Source: Acidobacteriaceae bacterium (lineage in GTDB: Bacteria > Acidobacteriota > Terriglobia > Terriglobales > Acidobacteriaceae). Taken from it: a DNA stretch of 64,000 bases. Both the position numbers and the translations under genes were made by a program. The notes below the pieces were generated by a model. It made no database searches, was not told the origin of the DNA, and saw only the letters and a program-made list of their open reading frames with translations. How positions within the stretch are numbered: the first letter of the stretch is position 1; each line of letters begins with the position of its first letter. Where the stretch lies: assembly GCA_025360645.1 (NCBI GenBank), contig JANYBT010000042.1:516-64515 (forward strand), in the 5' to 3' direction. Below, one piece after another: positions 9,604 to 18,894 of the stretch.

Positions 9604-10857
9604 ATGGATTCGGTCGTGCCTGACTTCGCATCTTCTACCATCTTGGTTTTGGTGGGCACCTACCTACCTGGCTATAAGGCTGGCGGGCCCATCCGGAGTA
9701 TCGCAAACTTGGTGGCGGCGCTGGGCGGAGATATCCACTTCAAGGTTGTAACTCTCGACCATGATCTCGGGGAGAAGCTGTCGTTTCCAGGCATCGTTGC
9801 GAATCGATGGGTCCGAGTTGGCAAAGCTGATGTGATGTACCTGCAGCCGGGGTTGCGGGGCTTCCTCAGGCTATGGGCGCTGCTTCGTGCAGTGGACCAG
9901 AATACGGTTCTTTACCTCAACAGCTTCTTTGCCCGGCGTTTTTCCATGCTGCCGGTGACGATGCGGTGGCTCAAGCTCTGCCGGCCGCGGTGTCTGGTGG
10001 TTGCGCCACGCGGTGAATTTTCGGCTGAGGCACTTCGATTGAAGCGCTTGCGAAAGCACTTGTATATCAGAATCGCTCGATGGCTTGGATTGTACCTCGG
10101 TACCATCTGGCACGCTTCCAGTGATTTCGAGGCGGAAGATATACGCCGGGTTCAGTTGACCCAGGACATCAACGTCGCAGGCGTCGTCCACGACTTGGAG
10201 TTGAGTCGGGTGGCCCCTAGCAGCGTAGTCGTTACGGCATCCGACGTCGCAGGCGGAGGATCGTCGGTCTCGCATGCCAGGTCGCCCAAGAGGACCGGCC
10301 AACTGCGCGCCGTATTCGTCTCGCGGATCTCACGGATGAAGAATCTTTCGGGCGCATTGAGGATGCTCGCGGGCGTGTCGGGCGACGTTTCTTTTGACAT
10401 GTACGGTCCAGCGGAAGACTCAGAGTATTGGGAAGAGTGCCGCAGCGTCATGGCCGCACTGCCCGATAATCTTCGGGTGCGGTATTGCGGGCAGATCGCA
10501 CACGAAAAGGTAGCTCAGGTCCTCGCGGAACATGATCTTTTTCTATTTCCTACCCTAGGTGAGAACTACGGGCATGTGATTTGTGAAGCCTTGTCCTCGG
10601 GGTGTCCGGTTCTGATCAGCGACCAAACTCCCTGGCGCAATCTGGAAGCAGAGGGTGTTGGCTGGGATATTCCATTGGGCGAGCCGGAACGCTTTCGGTC
10701 CGTGCTTCAGCAGTGCGTGGACGCCGACGATCAGTGGTTTACGGAGCTGTCAAGGAGGGCCATGGACTACGCCGCCAAACGCGCGTCCGACCCCGGAACC
10801 ATCGAGGCGAACCGGAAACTGTTTCAAAAGGCGTTCGCTTGGCCCAACCGACATTAG
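9604..10857 (+). CDS. Glycosyltransferase family 4
   Basis: N-terminal LVLVGTYLPGYKAGGPIRS and C-terminal LGENYGHVICEALSSGCPVLISDQTPW are GT4 hallmarks. A 2-nt gap separates it from the upstream GT. Confidence 0.8.
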   Translation: MDSVVPDFASSTILVLVGTYLPGYKAGGPIRSIANLVAALGGDIHFKVVTLDHDLGEKLSFPGIVANRWVRVGKADVMYLQPGLRGFLRLWALLRAVDQNTVLYLNSFFARRFSMLPVTMRWLKLCRPRCLVVAPRGEFSAEALRLKRLRKHLYIRIARWLGLYLGTIWHASSDFEAEDIRRVQLTQDINVAGVVHDLELSRVAPSSVVVTASDVAGGGSSVSHARSPKRTGQLRAVFVSRISRMKNLSGALRMLAGVSGDVSFDMYGPAEDSEYWEECRSVMAALPDNLRVRYCGQIAHEKVAQVLAEHDLFLFPTLGENYGHVICEALSSGCPVLISDQTPWRNLEAEGVGWDIPLGEPERFRSVLQQCVDADDQWFTELSRRAMDYAAKRASDPGTIEANRKLFQKAFAWPNRH

Positions 10858-10951
10858 CCATGCATGAACCTATCAGCGCATTGTCTGCCGGCGTGGCCCG
10901 ACGTATCCTGCATGAAGTCCTCCATCTCGATTTTGCGGATGATTTTCCTGT

Positions 10952-13678
10952 ATGAGACTGAGGCTCATTCTGACGCTGGCCCTGGCTCTTGTTGCGGTGA
11001 ACCGGGTACGGGCGGAAGACTTCGTCTTCGAGACCCGCACGGCGCGGCTGGTAATCCGGCCGGATGCCGTGGCGAGCAGCCTAGAAGAGGAGCCGAGCGG
11101 GAAAGAGCGCATGAGTCCTGGGGGCGTGGCGTTCGCCGCGGTCAAGAAAGGCGGCCACGTGTTCCCCGCCTCCGCGGCCGAAAGGCGTGGCACCATGTTG
11201 CATGTGACGTTCGGGACGTCGGGCGTCGATGCGGAGTACCAAATCACCGCTCGGGCGGAGTACATCGTCGTTGAGCTGGCGGCCTTCCACGGCGACGGCA
11301 TCGAGGAAATGCGGCTGATGCAGCTCAATGTCCCCATGGCCAATACAGGTGAGGTGCTCGGCGTAGGGTGGAACGTCGAATTTTCCGTTTGTCTGATGGG
11401 GTTGAGTCCCCGTGTGAATTCCAGGATCGCGGACCAGGTAATGCTGGCGTCGGTCTATCCCGAATTCTCCATGCAGCGCGAGCGGGTCGCGATCATTGCC
11501 GCGCCCACACCGCGGTTCCTGGAGGTGGTCCGAAAGGTGGAGCAGGATTTCGGGCTCCCCTCCCCAACTCTCGGCGGAACGTGGGCCAAGAGTTCCGAGG
11601 ATGTGCGCACCAATTATCTGTTTACGGATTTGACTGAATCCAATGCCGACGAGACGATTCGATACGCGAAACTGGGCGGGTTCCGCTACATCCTCGTGTA
11701 CAGCAACACTTGGTCTGCGTCGCTGGGATCCTACCCCATCGATACTCGGAACTTCCCGCGCGGCGAGGAAAGCCTGAAATCGGTGATCGACAAGTGCCAT
11801 GCGTCCGGACTGAAAGTCGGCATGCACATGCTAACCAGTTTCGTCGGAAAGAACGATCCGCTAGTTCGTCCGCAACCCAGTCCCTGGCTGCTCAAGGATG
11901 CTGAGACGATCCTAGCCAAGGATGTGAGCGAGAGGGCGACGGAACTGGCGGCGGGATCAGCGCTGGCTGCCTTTCCGCTGGAGGCTGGCTACTACGGCAT
12001 GGCGAATGACATTGTGGTCGACGATGAGATCATTCACTACGGCCAAATCAACAGTGCGAAGTTTGTCCAGTGCGTGCGCGGGGCAGCGGGTACGATACCG
12101 GCGACACACAAGGCCGGTGTGAAGATTCGCCACCTCGTCGAACGTGACGGATATTATCTAGCGGACCTCAAGACTGCACTCAAGGACGCCATTTCAGATC
12201 GCGTGGCTGGGGTGATTAACCGCTGCGGGTTCGACATGATCTATTTTGATGGGGGAGAAATCAATAGCGCAAACGGACCCGGCTGGTACTGGATGGGCCA
12301 GCAGCAGGAGCAAATCTGGGAGAAGTCGAAGCGCGAACTCCTGGTCCAGGGCTCAGGGATCACGGGCTGGACGTGGCACATTTTCTCTCGGGCCACGTGC
12401 GACGATTACTCGGCGGTGGCGGTCAAAGAGTACCTCGACTACCATAAGATTGCCGACGCATGGATGAACTACCGTAACAACTTTTTACCCACCGACCTCG
12501 GGTGGTGGGGTTTCCTGGAAGATACGCCGGATCACCCTGCGACCACTCCCGACGAAATGGAATACTACGCGGTGCGGATGTTGGCGCTGGACTCAGCCAT
12601 CTCTCTGGAAACGAACTTGACTGCGCTAAACACCAACGGCCGTACCAAGGAGATGTTGCAGCTTCTTGCCGCATATGAGCAACTGCGCCTGAGCGGTGCG
12701 GTTCCGAAGCCGGTACGCGAACAGTTGGCGAAGGGTGAGTGGCACATGATTCGGCCCGGCGAGTTCCATCCCATCCGCTATCGTGCGCAACGGGTGGCCA
12801 TCCCTGGGCAAATCACTTTGAGGAACGAATTCGATGAACAGCCGCTGAAGTTCCGCTTGCAGGTGGCGCCACTCTTGGCGGCTGTCGGTGATCCGTCGAA
12901 CATCCTGTTGCTGCGGGCGCAGCCGACGCTTGAAATCGAACCTCCGGATACTCGCGCGACCATGCCGGGCTCTCTCGCCCGGCGTTTTGGGTTCACACAA
13001 GCGGTACAAAATCGGCCTGGCGTGCTCATGGTTGCCCCAGGTGCTGTGGATGACAGAGCGCCGGGAAGGCCGCTCGATCTGACGAAGCACCGGGCACTGG
13101 CGGTGCAGCTGAACGTTGAAGGGCAGGTGCCAAGTTCGGGAGAAACGCCCGTCCTGAACATACAACTGGAAGCAGGCGGAAGAACGTATCGGGATTACTA
13201 CGTCGACCTGAACTTTAGCGGTCCCAAGACCGTTATCCTCCCCGAACCTGGCACAAGCAGGATGCTGGCCGAATTCCGTCCGGCATCTGCCAATTACCCT
13301 TTCAAGGCGGCGATGTATAGCTTCAACTATAGCAACGTGGTTGCCCTGAACTTCCGCTGGATGCGTTACCCTAAGGGCAGCCGGGTACGATGCCGGATCG
13401 GTCTAGTGGAGGCTCTCGAGGAGCAGAACCGCACTCTGGGACATGTCGAGGTCTCGGCAAACCGGTTGAACATAACGATTCCCGCGGGGATGAAGACCGG
13501 AGATTACGCCGAATATTGGGGGAATGGAACGATTCGTGTATTCGACCGGAATGGTAGTCTGCTCTCGACCTCCCCGGTCAGGCCCGAACCGCAACTGAAC
13601 CCGGGTGAGAACAAGGTAACGCTGAAAGCAGCGGGATCTGGCAATGTTCTGTTTACCGCGATCACGTTAGGGAAGTGA
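10952..13678 (+). CDS. Secreted 908-aa protein of unknown function, possible TIM-barrel glycoside-hydrolase-like core
   Basis: Signal peptide MRLRLILTLALALVAVNRVRA. The central segment (IRYAKLGGFRYILVYSNTW...LKSVIDKCHASGLKVGMHM...GFDMIYFDGGE) has the beta-strand/loop pattern of (beta/alpha)8 glycosidases. I cannot name a family. Confidence 0.5.
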   Translation: MRLRLILTLALALVAVNRVRAEDFVFETRTARLVIRPDAVASSLEEEPSGKERMSPGGVAFAAVKKGGHVFPASAAERRGTMLHVTFGTSGVDAEYQITARAEYIVVELAAFHGDGIEEMRLMQLNVPMANTGEVLGVGWNVEFSVCLMGLSPRVNSRIADQVMLASVYPEFSMQRERVAIIAAPTPRFLEVVRKVEQDFGLPSPTLGGTWAKSSEDVRTNYLFTDLTESNADETIRYAKLGGFRYILVYSNTWSASLGSYPIDTRNFPRGEESLKSVIDKCHASGLKVGMHMLTSFVGKNDPLVRPQPSPWLLKDAETILAKDVSERATELAAGSALAAFPLEAGYYGMANDIVVDDEIIHYGQINSAKFVQCVRGAAGTIPATHKAGVKIRHLVERDGYYLADLKTALKDAISDRVAGVINRCGFDMIYFDGGEINSANGPGWYWMGQQQEQIWEKSKRELLVQGSGITGWTWHIFSRATCDDYSAVAVKEYLDYHKIADAWMNYRNNFLPTDLGWWGFLEDTPDHPATTPDEMEYYAVRMLALDSAISLETNLTALNTNGRTKEMLQLLAAYEQLRLSGAVPKPVREQLAKGEWHMIRPGEFHPIRYRAQRVAIPGQITLRNEFDEQPLKFRLQVAPLLAAVGDPSNILLLRAQPTLEIEPPDTRATMPGSLARRFGFTQAVQNRPGVLMVAPGAVDDRAPGRPLDLTKHRALAVQLNVEGQVPSSGETPVLNIQLEAGGRTYRDYYVDLNFSGPKTVILPEPGTSRMLAEFRPASANYPFKAAMYSFNYSNVVALNFRWMRYPKGSRVRCRIGLVEALEEQNRTLGHVEVSANRLNITIPAGMKTGDYAEYWGNGTIRVFDRNGSLLSTSPVRPEPQLNPGENKVTLKAAGSGNVLFTAITLGK

Positions 13679-13726
13679 TCAGATGCGAGGCCGCCTCTCC
13701 ATCGCCAGGCTGAATTAAGAGACAAC

Positions 13727-14830
13727 ATGAAGCGCTATCTGAAGAACTACCGTCCGGCTGGCACAGAACCCCAACCGGCAACCGTGAGCCCCCCAAACAT
13801 GCCGATGTTCAAAGGATGCACTCTATTAATCACCGGCGGAACCGGCACCTTTGGCAACGCCGTGGTCCGCCGCTACCTAAGAACGGACATCGCCGAAATC
13901 CGCATCCTGAGCCGCGACGAGAAGAAACAGGATGATATGCGGAACGCCCTGAACAACGAGCGACTGAAGTTTTTTCTCGGCGACGTTCGCGAGCCGAGCA
14001 GCCTGCTGGCGCCGATGAGTGGTGTCGATTACGTTTTTCATGCCGCCGCGCTGAAGCAGGTTCCCTCGTGCGAGTTTTTCCCGTTGGAGGCGGTTCGAAC
14101 CAATACCTTAGGCGCGGAGAATGTCCTCAGCACCGCTCTGGCCTGCGGCGTCAAGAACGTCATCGTGCTCAGCACGGACAAGGCCGTCTATCCGATCAAC
14201 GCAATGGGAATGTCAAAGGCGCTGATGGAAAAGCTCATGATCGCCAAGGCGCGCATGCAGCGCGACACCGGCACCATTTTCTGCGGCACGCGGTATGGCA
14301 ATGTCATGGCATCGCGGGGATCAGTGATCCCGTTGTTTATCAGCCAGATCCTCGCCGGCAAGCCACTGACCGTGACCGATCCGAACATGACCCGCTTTAT
14401 GATGACGATCGAAGACGCAGTGGATCTAGTTGTGTATGCGTTCGAAAACGGTAGCGCCGGCGATATCTTTGTGCAGAAAGCTCCTGCCGCCACGATCCGC
14501 ACCCTGGGGGAGGCCTTGAAGGAGATCTTCCAGGCCGATAACGGAATCCAGATCCTGGGCACCCGGCATGGTGAGAAGCTATACGAAACGTTGCTCAACC
14601 GGGAAGAAATGGCCAAGGCGGAAGATCGCGGTGGATACTATCGCGTTCCGGCCGACGTCCGCGATTTGAACTACTCCCTCTATTTCAGTGAGGGTCAAGT
14701 GGATGTCTCGTTCGCCAAGGAGTACACCTCGCACAACACGCACCAGATGAACCAGGCCGAGATGGTCGAACTCCTCCTGAAGCTCAATTGTGTTCAGGAA
14801 GCGATCAAGACGCGGACGGTGTCCGTATGA
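13727..14830 (+). CDS. fnlA: UDP-N-acetylglucosamine 4,6-dehydratase/5-epimerase (FnlA/CapE/WbjB type)
   Basis: Contains LITGGTGTFGNAV and the unusual S-M-K catalytic signature NAMGMSKALMEK (Met in place of the SDR Tyr), as in CapE/FnlA. It is followed by FnlB- and FnlC-type genes. The true start may be the internal MPMFKG (13799). Confidence 0.8.
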   Translation: MKRYLKNYRPAGTEPQPATVSPPNMPMFKGCTLLITGGTGTFGNAVVRRYLRTDIAEIRILSRDEKKQDDMRNALNNERLKFFLGDVREPSSLLAPMSGVDYVFHAAALKQVPSCEFFPLEAVRTNTLGAENVLSTALACGVKNVIVLSTDKAVYPINAMGMSKALMEKLMIAKARMQRDTGTIFCGTRYGNVMASRGSVIPLFISQILAGKPLTVTDPNMTRFMMTIEDAVDLVVYAFENGSAGDIFVQKAPAATIRTLGEALKEIFQADNGIQILGTRHGEKLYETLLNREEMAKAEDRGGYYRVPADVRDLNYSLYFSEGQVDVSFAKEYTSHNTHQMNQAEMVELLLKLNCVQEAIKTRTVSV

Positions 14831-15966
14831 ACGTCCTGGTGACCGGCGCCCACGGCTTCATTGGGCGCAACCTTAACGCCCACCTGCAGGCCCGTGAGGG
14901 CTGCGTGGTCACTCTTTTCGATGTTCATAACTCGCCGGAGGATCTGCGTGCCGGACTGGAGACGGCAGATATCGTTTACCATCTGGCAGGGGTCAACCGT
15001 ACTGAGACCACCGAGGAATTCGAGATCGGGAATGCGGGGCTGACGCGCGATATTTGCGAGATCCTGCGCGAGCTTGGCCGCGCGCCCGTGATTGTGATGT
15101 CTTCCTCGGTCCAGGCCGAACTTGCAAATCCTTACGGGGTCAGTAAGCGGCACGCGGAGGATGCTTTGCGAGAGTTCGCGGCTCGGAGCGGGGCACGAGT
15201 TCGCATCTTCCGGTTGAAGAACGTGTTTGGGAAATGGTGCCGACCGAACTATAATTCCGTGGTGGCGACGTTCTGCCACAATATTGCGAACGACCTACCC
15301 ATTCACATTTCTGATCCGAGCCGCGAGATTGAGTTGCTCTACGTGGATGATGTGGTAGAGGCTTTTCTGGCCGAACTGCCGATTCAGGCCTCATCCAACG
15401 GCAGTCCCGACATCCCGTCCTTCCATCTGACGCTCGGTGACCTGGCGGGTCGAATACAGTTGTTCCACGACATGCACACCAATCTACTCACTCCCGATTT
15501 TGCGGTTCGGTTCAGCCAGCAGCTATACGCCACGTACCTTTCCTATGTGTCAGATGGGGCGCGCCGGCGCCAGCTTGAGATCAAATCAGACCCGCGCGGA
15601 TGTTTAGCCGAGTTCATTAAATCGAAGCAGTTCGGCCAGGTCTTCGTTTCCCGAACTCGGCCCGGCGTAACGCGTGGGAACCATTATCACCAGACGAAGG
15701 TCGAAAAGTTCTTAGTCGTCGAAGGTGAGGGCGTGATTCGGATGCGCCATATTGAGAGCTCACAGGTGCTGGAATACGCGGTGCGCGGCGACGCTTTTGA
15801 GGTCATAGACATTCCGCCGGGATATACCCACTCCATCGAAAACATCGGGGCTAGCGACATGATCACGATCTTCTGGGCCAGCGAGATCTTCGACTCGGAC
15901 AGGCCTGACACCTATTTCCTGCCGGTACTGACACACGGCGAAGTCTTAGTTCCGGTTAACCCATGA
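14827..15966 (+). CDS. fnlB: UDP-2-acetamido-2,6-dideoxy-hexulose reductase/epimerase (FnlB/CapF/WbjC type: SDR + C-terminal cupin)
   Basis: N-terminal VLVTGAHGFIGRNL Rossmann fold plus a C-terminal cupin (TRGNHYHQTKVEKFLVVEG...GYTHSIENIG), the CapF architecture. ATG 14827 overlaps the fnlA stop (ATGA). Confidence 0.75.
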   Translation: MNVLVTGAHGFIGRNLNAHLQAREGCVVTLFDVHNSPEDLRAGLETADIVYHLAGVNRTETTEEFEIGNAGLTRDICEILRELGRAPVIVMSSSVQAELANPYGVSKRHAEDALREFAARSGARVRIFRLKNVFGKWCRPNYNSVVATFCHNIANDLPIHISDPSREIELLYVDDVVEAFLAELPIQASSNGSPDIPSFHLTLGDLAGRIQLFHDMHTNLLTPDFAVRFSQQLYATYLSYVSDGARRRQLEIKSDPRGCLAEFIKSKQFGQVFVSRTRPGVTRGNHYHQTKVEKFLVVEGEGVIRMRHIESSQVLEYAVRGDAFEVIDIPPGYTHSIENIGASDMITIFWASEIFDSDRPDTYFLPVLTHGEVLVPVNP

Positions 15967-17099
15967 AAGTCGCAACGGTTGTAGGCACTCGCCCAGAGAT
16001 CATCCGACTCTCTCGTGTCATCCCGGCGCTCGACCGGCACATGGATCACATCTTGATTCATACCGGGCAAAACTACGACTACGAGCTGAACGGGATCTTC
16101 TTTGAGGATATGGAGATACGAAAACCCGATTTCTTTCTGGAAGCCGCCGGCAAATCGGCCGCCGAGACTATCGGACAAGTGATAGCAAAAAGCGACGAGG
16201 TGTTCGCAGAGATCCAGCCCGACGCCATGCTCGTGCTGGGCGACACGAACAGTTCTCTGGCCGTGATCGCAGCGAAGCGGCGCAAGATCCCCGTCTTCCA
16301 CATGGAGGCGGGCAACCGCTGCTTTGATGAAAGAGTCCCAGAAGAAATCAATCGGAGAATCGTCGACCACATCAGCGACATCAACATGCCCTACAGCGAT
16401 ATCTCGCGGGACTACCTGCTGCGAGAAGGCATTCCGCCGGATCGCATCATCAAGACCGGCAGCCCGATGTATGAGGTTCTCACCTACTATCGTGCCAAGA
16501 TAGAGAAGTCCGATGTTCTCCGACGCCTTGGGCTAAAGCAATATGAGTACTTCGTAGTCAGCTCACATCGAGAGGAAAACATTGACTCTCCCTGGCATTT
16601 CACGAATCTAGTCGGCTTACTTAACGGCCTTGCGGAGCGATTCCAGCTTCCGGTCGTCGTATCCACTCATCCGCGGACCCAGAAGCGATTTGAGGCTGAG
16701 GCCGTTGCACTCAGACCGGAGATTCGGTTGATGAAACCTCTCGGCTTTTGCGACTACGTGCATCTCGAGGTGAATGCGACAGCAACGCTCTCTGACAGCG
16801 GAACCATCACGGAAGAGTCGTCGATCCTGAATTTCCCGGCGCTGAACATACGCGAAGTCCACGAGAGGCCGGAAGGGATGGAGCAATGCTCAGTGATGCT
16901 GACCGGCTTCAATTTCGATCGGGTCACCGAAGGACTTCGGCTTCTCAAGTCGCAGGCGCGAGGCGAGACTCGTACCTTGAATATCGTCCAGGACTATAGC
17001 GTCTCTAACGTGTCTGAGAAGGTCGCTCGAATCATCTTAAGCTACACGGACTACGTAAACCGGTTCGTCTGGCACAGGACTGGGGCGCAGAGAATCTAA
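15963..17099 (+). CDS. fnlC: UDP-N-acetylglucosamine 2-epimerase, non-hydrolysing (FnlC/CapG/WbjD type)
   Basis: MKVATVVGTRPEIIRL and HTGQNYD motifs of the Epimerase_2 family. ATGA overlap with fnlB. Confidence 0.8.
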   Translation: MKVATVVGTRPEIIRLSRVIPALDRHMDHILIHTGQNYDYELNGIFFEDMEIRKPDFFLEAAGKSAAETIGQVIAKSDEVFAEIQPDAMLVLGDTNSSLAVIAAKRRKIPVFHMEAGNRCFDERVPEEINRRIVDHISDINMPYSDISRDYLLREGIPPDRIIKTGSPMYEVLTYYRAKIEKSDVLRRLGLKQYEYFVVSSHREENIDSPWHFTNLVGLLNGLAERFQLPVVVSTHPRTQKRFEAEAVALRPEIRLMKPLGFCDYVHLEVNATATLSDSGTITEESSILNFPALNIREVHERPEGMEQCSVMLTGFNFDRVTEGLRLLKSQARGETRTLNIVQDYSVSNVSEKVARIILSYTDYVNRFVWHRTGAQRI

Positions 17100-17113
17100 C
17101 GACTCTTGCGAGC

Positions 17114-17575
17114 ATGAGTGACCGGCCCAGGATGATCGACGGTGGTCTGTACCTAGACGACGGTGGTTCGTTGGCCTACTTCAACGAATTTGCATTTTCG
17201 ACAGTGGAACGGTTCTACATCATACGCCCAGACCGACCGGGTGGGGTCCGAGGCTGGACCGGGCACCAGCGCGAGCAGAAGTGGTTCACCTCCGTTGAGG
17301 GCATGATAGCCGTGGCGGTGGTGCGGCCCGCTGACTGGCAATCCCCCGATGCGCACACCCCAGTCGTGCAGTTCATTCTGTCTGCCGCGAAGCCACAGAT
17401 CCTAATGGTTCCGCCGGGACATGCCACCGCCATCATTGGCATCAGCCCGAGGTCGGCGCTCATGGTCTTTTCGACGGGAACGATCGAGGAGGCGCCCTCG
17501 GACAATTACCGCTTTCCACCTGACTTCTGGAAGATCCCGGAGCCAGACCCAGAGGCGAATTGCGAATCCTTCTAA
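17114..17575 (+). CDS. WxcM/FdtA/RmlC-like cupin (sugar-nucleotide isomerase/epimerase-like)
   Basis: 153 aa. FSTVERFYIIRP...VRGWTGHQREQKWFTSVEGMIAVAVV...MVPPGHATAI is the small jelly-roll pattern of WxcM-like domains. Confidence 0.55.
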   Translation: MSDRPRMIDGGLYLDDGGSLAYFNEFAFSTVERFYIIRPDRPGGVRGWTGHQREQKWFTSVEGMIAVAVVRPADWQSPDAHTPVVQFILSAAKPQILMVPPGHATAIIGISPRSALMVFSTGTIEEAPSDNYRFPPDFWKIPEPDPEANCESF

Positions 17576-18792
17576 TCGTCGATTGCTACTTGCCTGAACA
17601 GAAATCGTCAGCCATCCTGATGCACGAGTTGGCCGGCGAGTTGGCCTCCCGCGGCCAGGTGGTCACGTTGCTCGCGCCTTCGCCGGATTTAAAGACGCCA
17701 TGCGTCGTACAGCAGACCAGACCGTTCAAGGTTGTTCGATATCGCACCGGCAGCATTAAGAGCGCTCCATTATATGTTCGCGCGATAAACGAAATGCTAT
17801 TGTCGGCGACTGCTTGGTGGCGCACGCGCGCTGTCTTGGATAAGGAGGGATACGACCTCGCTATCTTCTACTCGCCATCCATTTTCTTTGGCCCCTTGAT
17901 CGCTTTCCTGAAACGTCGCTGCCATCTCCCCACTTACCTTGTTCTTCGCGATATATTCCCCGATTGGGCAGTACAGGCAGGGGTCCTCCGTAGAGGTCCT
18001 GCCTATTTCATTTTTAAGCTTTTCGAACGACTTCAATATGTCGTCGCCGACCGAATTGGCGTCGAGACGAAAGGCTCTGTAGAGTATTTTCGAAACAGCG
18101 CTCAATTTTCCAAGGTCGAGTTGCTTCGAAATTGGACATGCACTAATCTCATACGACCTCCTGTGGATCGTTCGTTTCGGTGCAAGCTCGGTCTCGAACA
18201 CAAGACGGTTTTCTTGTACGGGGGGAACATCGGGGTGGCACAGGACATGGACAACATCGTGCGCCTCGCACGCCGAATGGAGGAAATGTCGGATGTCCAC
18301 TTCCTCCTGATCGGCGCGGGAAGCGAGGTGGGACGTCTCAAAACCTTGTCCGCTGCCGGAAAAGTGAAAAACATTACGATCTTACCTCCCGTTGATCAAA
18401 GCGACTATCTCTCCCTGATCAGTCAATTCGATGTGGGGCTCATCAGCCTTGACAAGCGATTGCAATCATTCAGTACGACCGGTAAACTCCTGGGCTATCT
18501 GCGGTGCCGACTGCCTGTGCTCGCTAGCGTCAACCCCGGCAATGAACTTATGGATCTCTTGACAGCCAGCGGTGCCGGCCTGTGCTCATGGAACGGCGAC
18601 GATGATGCATTCTTTCAAAATGCTCTCTGTCTTCGCTCTCCCTCGGTCCGGAGAGAGATCGCGGATCGATCCCGCGCTCTATTGGAAGTTGAGTTCTCCG
18701 TTCAGGCCGCTGCAGACCGGATCCTGCGCATCGGCAGCGCGCTTGCGAACGTTCATCTGGAATCCTCAGTCAACGCCCGTGCGGGAAACTGA
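17560..18792 (+). CDS. Glycosyltransferase family 4, WbuB-like (putative L-FucNAc transferase)
   Basis: (M)RILLIVDCYLPEQKSSAILMHELAGELASRGQVVTLL is the N-terminus typical of the WbuB-type GTs that follow fnlABC modules. The TTG start overlaps the cupin gene by 16 nt. Confidence 0.7.
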   Translation: MRILLIVDCYLPEQKSSAILMHELAGELASRGQVVTLLAPSPDLKTPCVVQQTRPFKVVRYRTGSIKSAPLYVRAINEMLLSATAWWRTRAVLDKEGYDLAIFYSPSIFFGPLIAFLKRRCHLPTYLVLRDIFPDWAVQAGVLRRGPAYFIFKLFERLQYVVADRIGVETKGSVEYFRNSAQFSKVELLRNWTCTNLIRPPVDRSFRCKLGLEHKTVFLYGGNIGVAQDMDNIVRLARRMEEMSDVHFLLIGAGSEVGRLKTLSAAGKVKNITILPPVDQSDYLSLISQFDVGLISLDKRLQSFSTTGKLLGYLRCRLPVLASVNPGNELMDLLTASGAGLCSWNGDDDAFFQNALCLRSPSVRREIADRSRALLEVEFSVQAAADRILRIGSALANVHLESSVNARAGN

Positions 18793-18894
18793 TATCTCGA
18801 TTCAGTAAAATCCTTTCTTGTTTGGACCCGTGTCATCGCGACGCGGCCGCTCTTGCCACGCATCCGCAATCTTGCTCCTCAGGGGTAAATCCTA

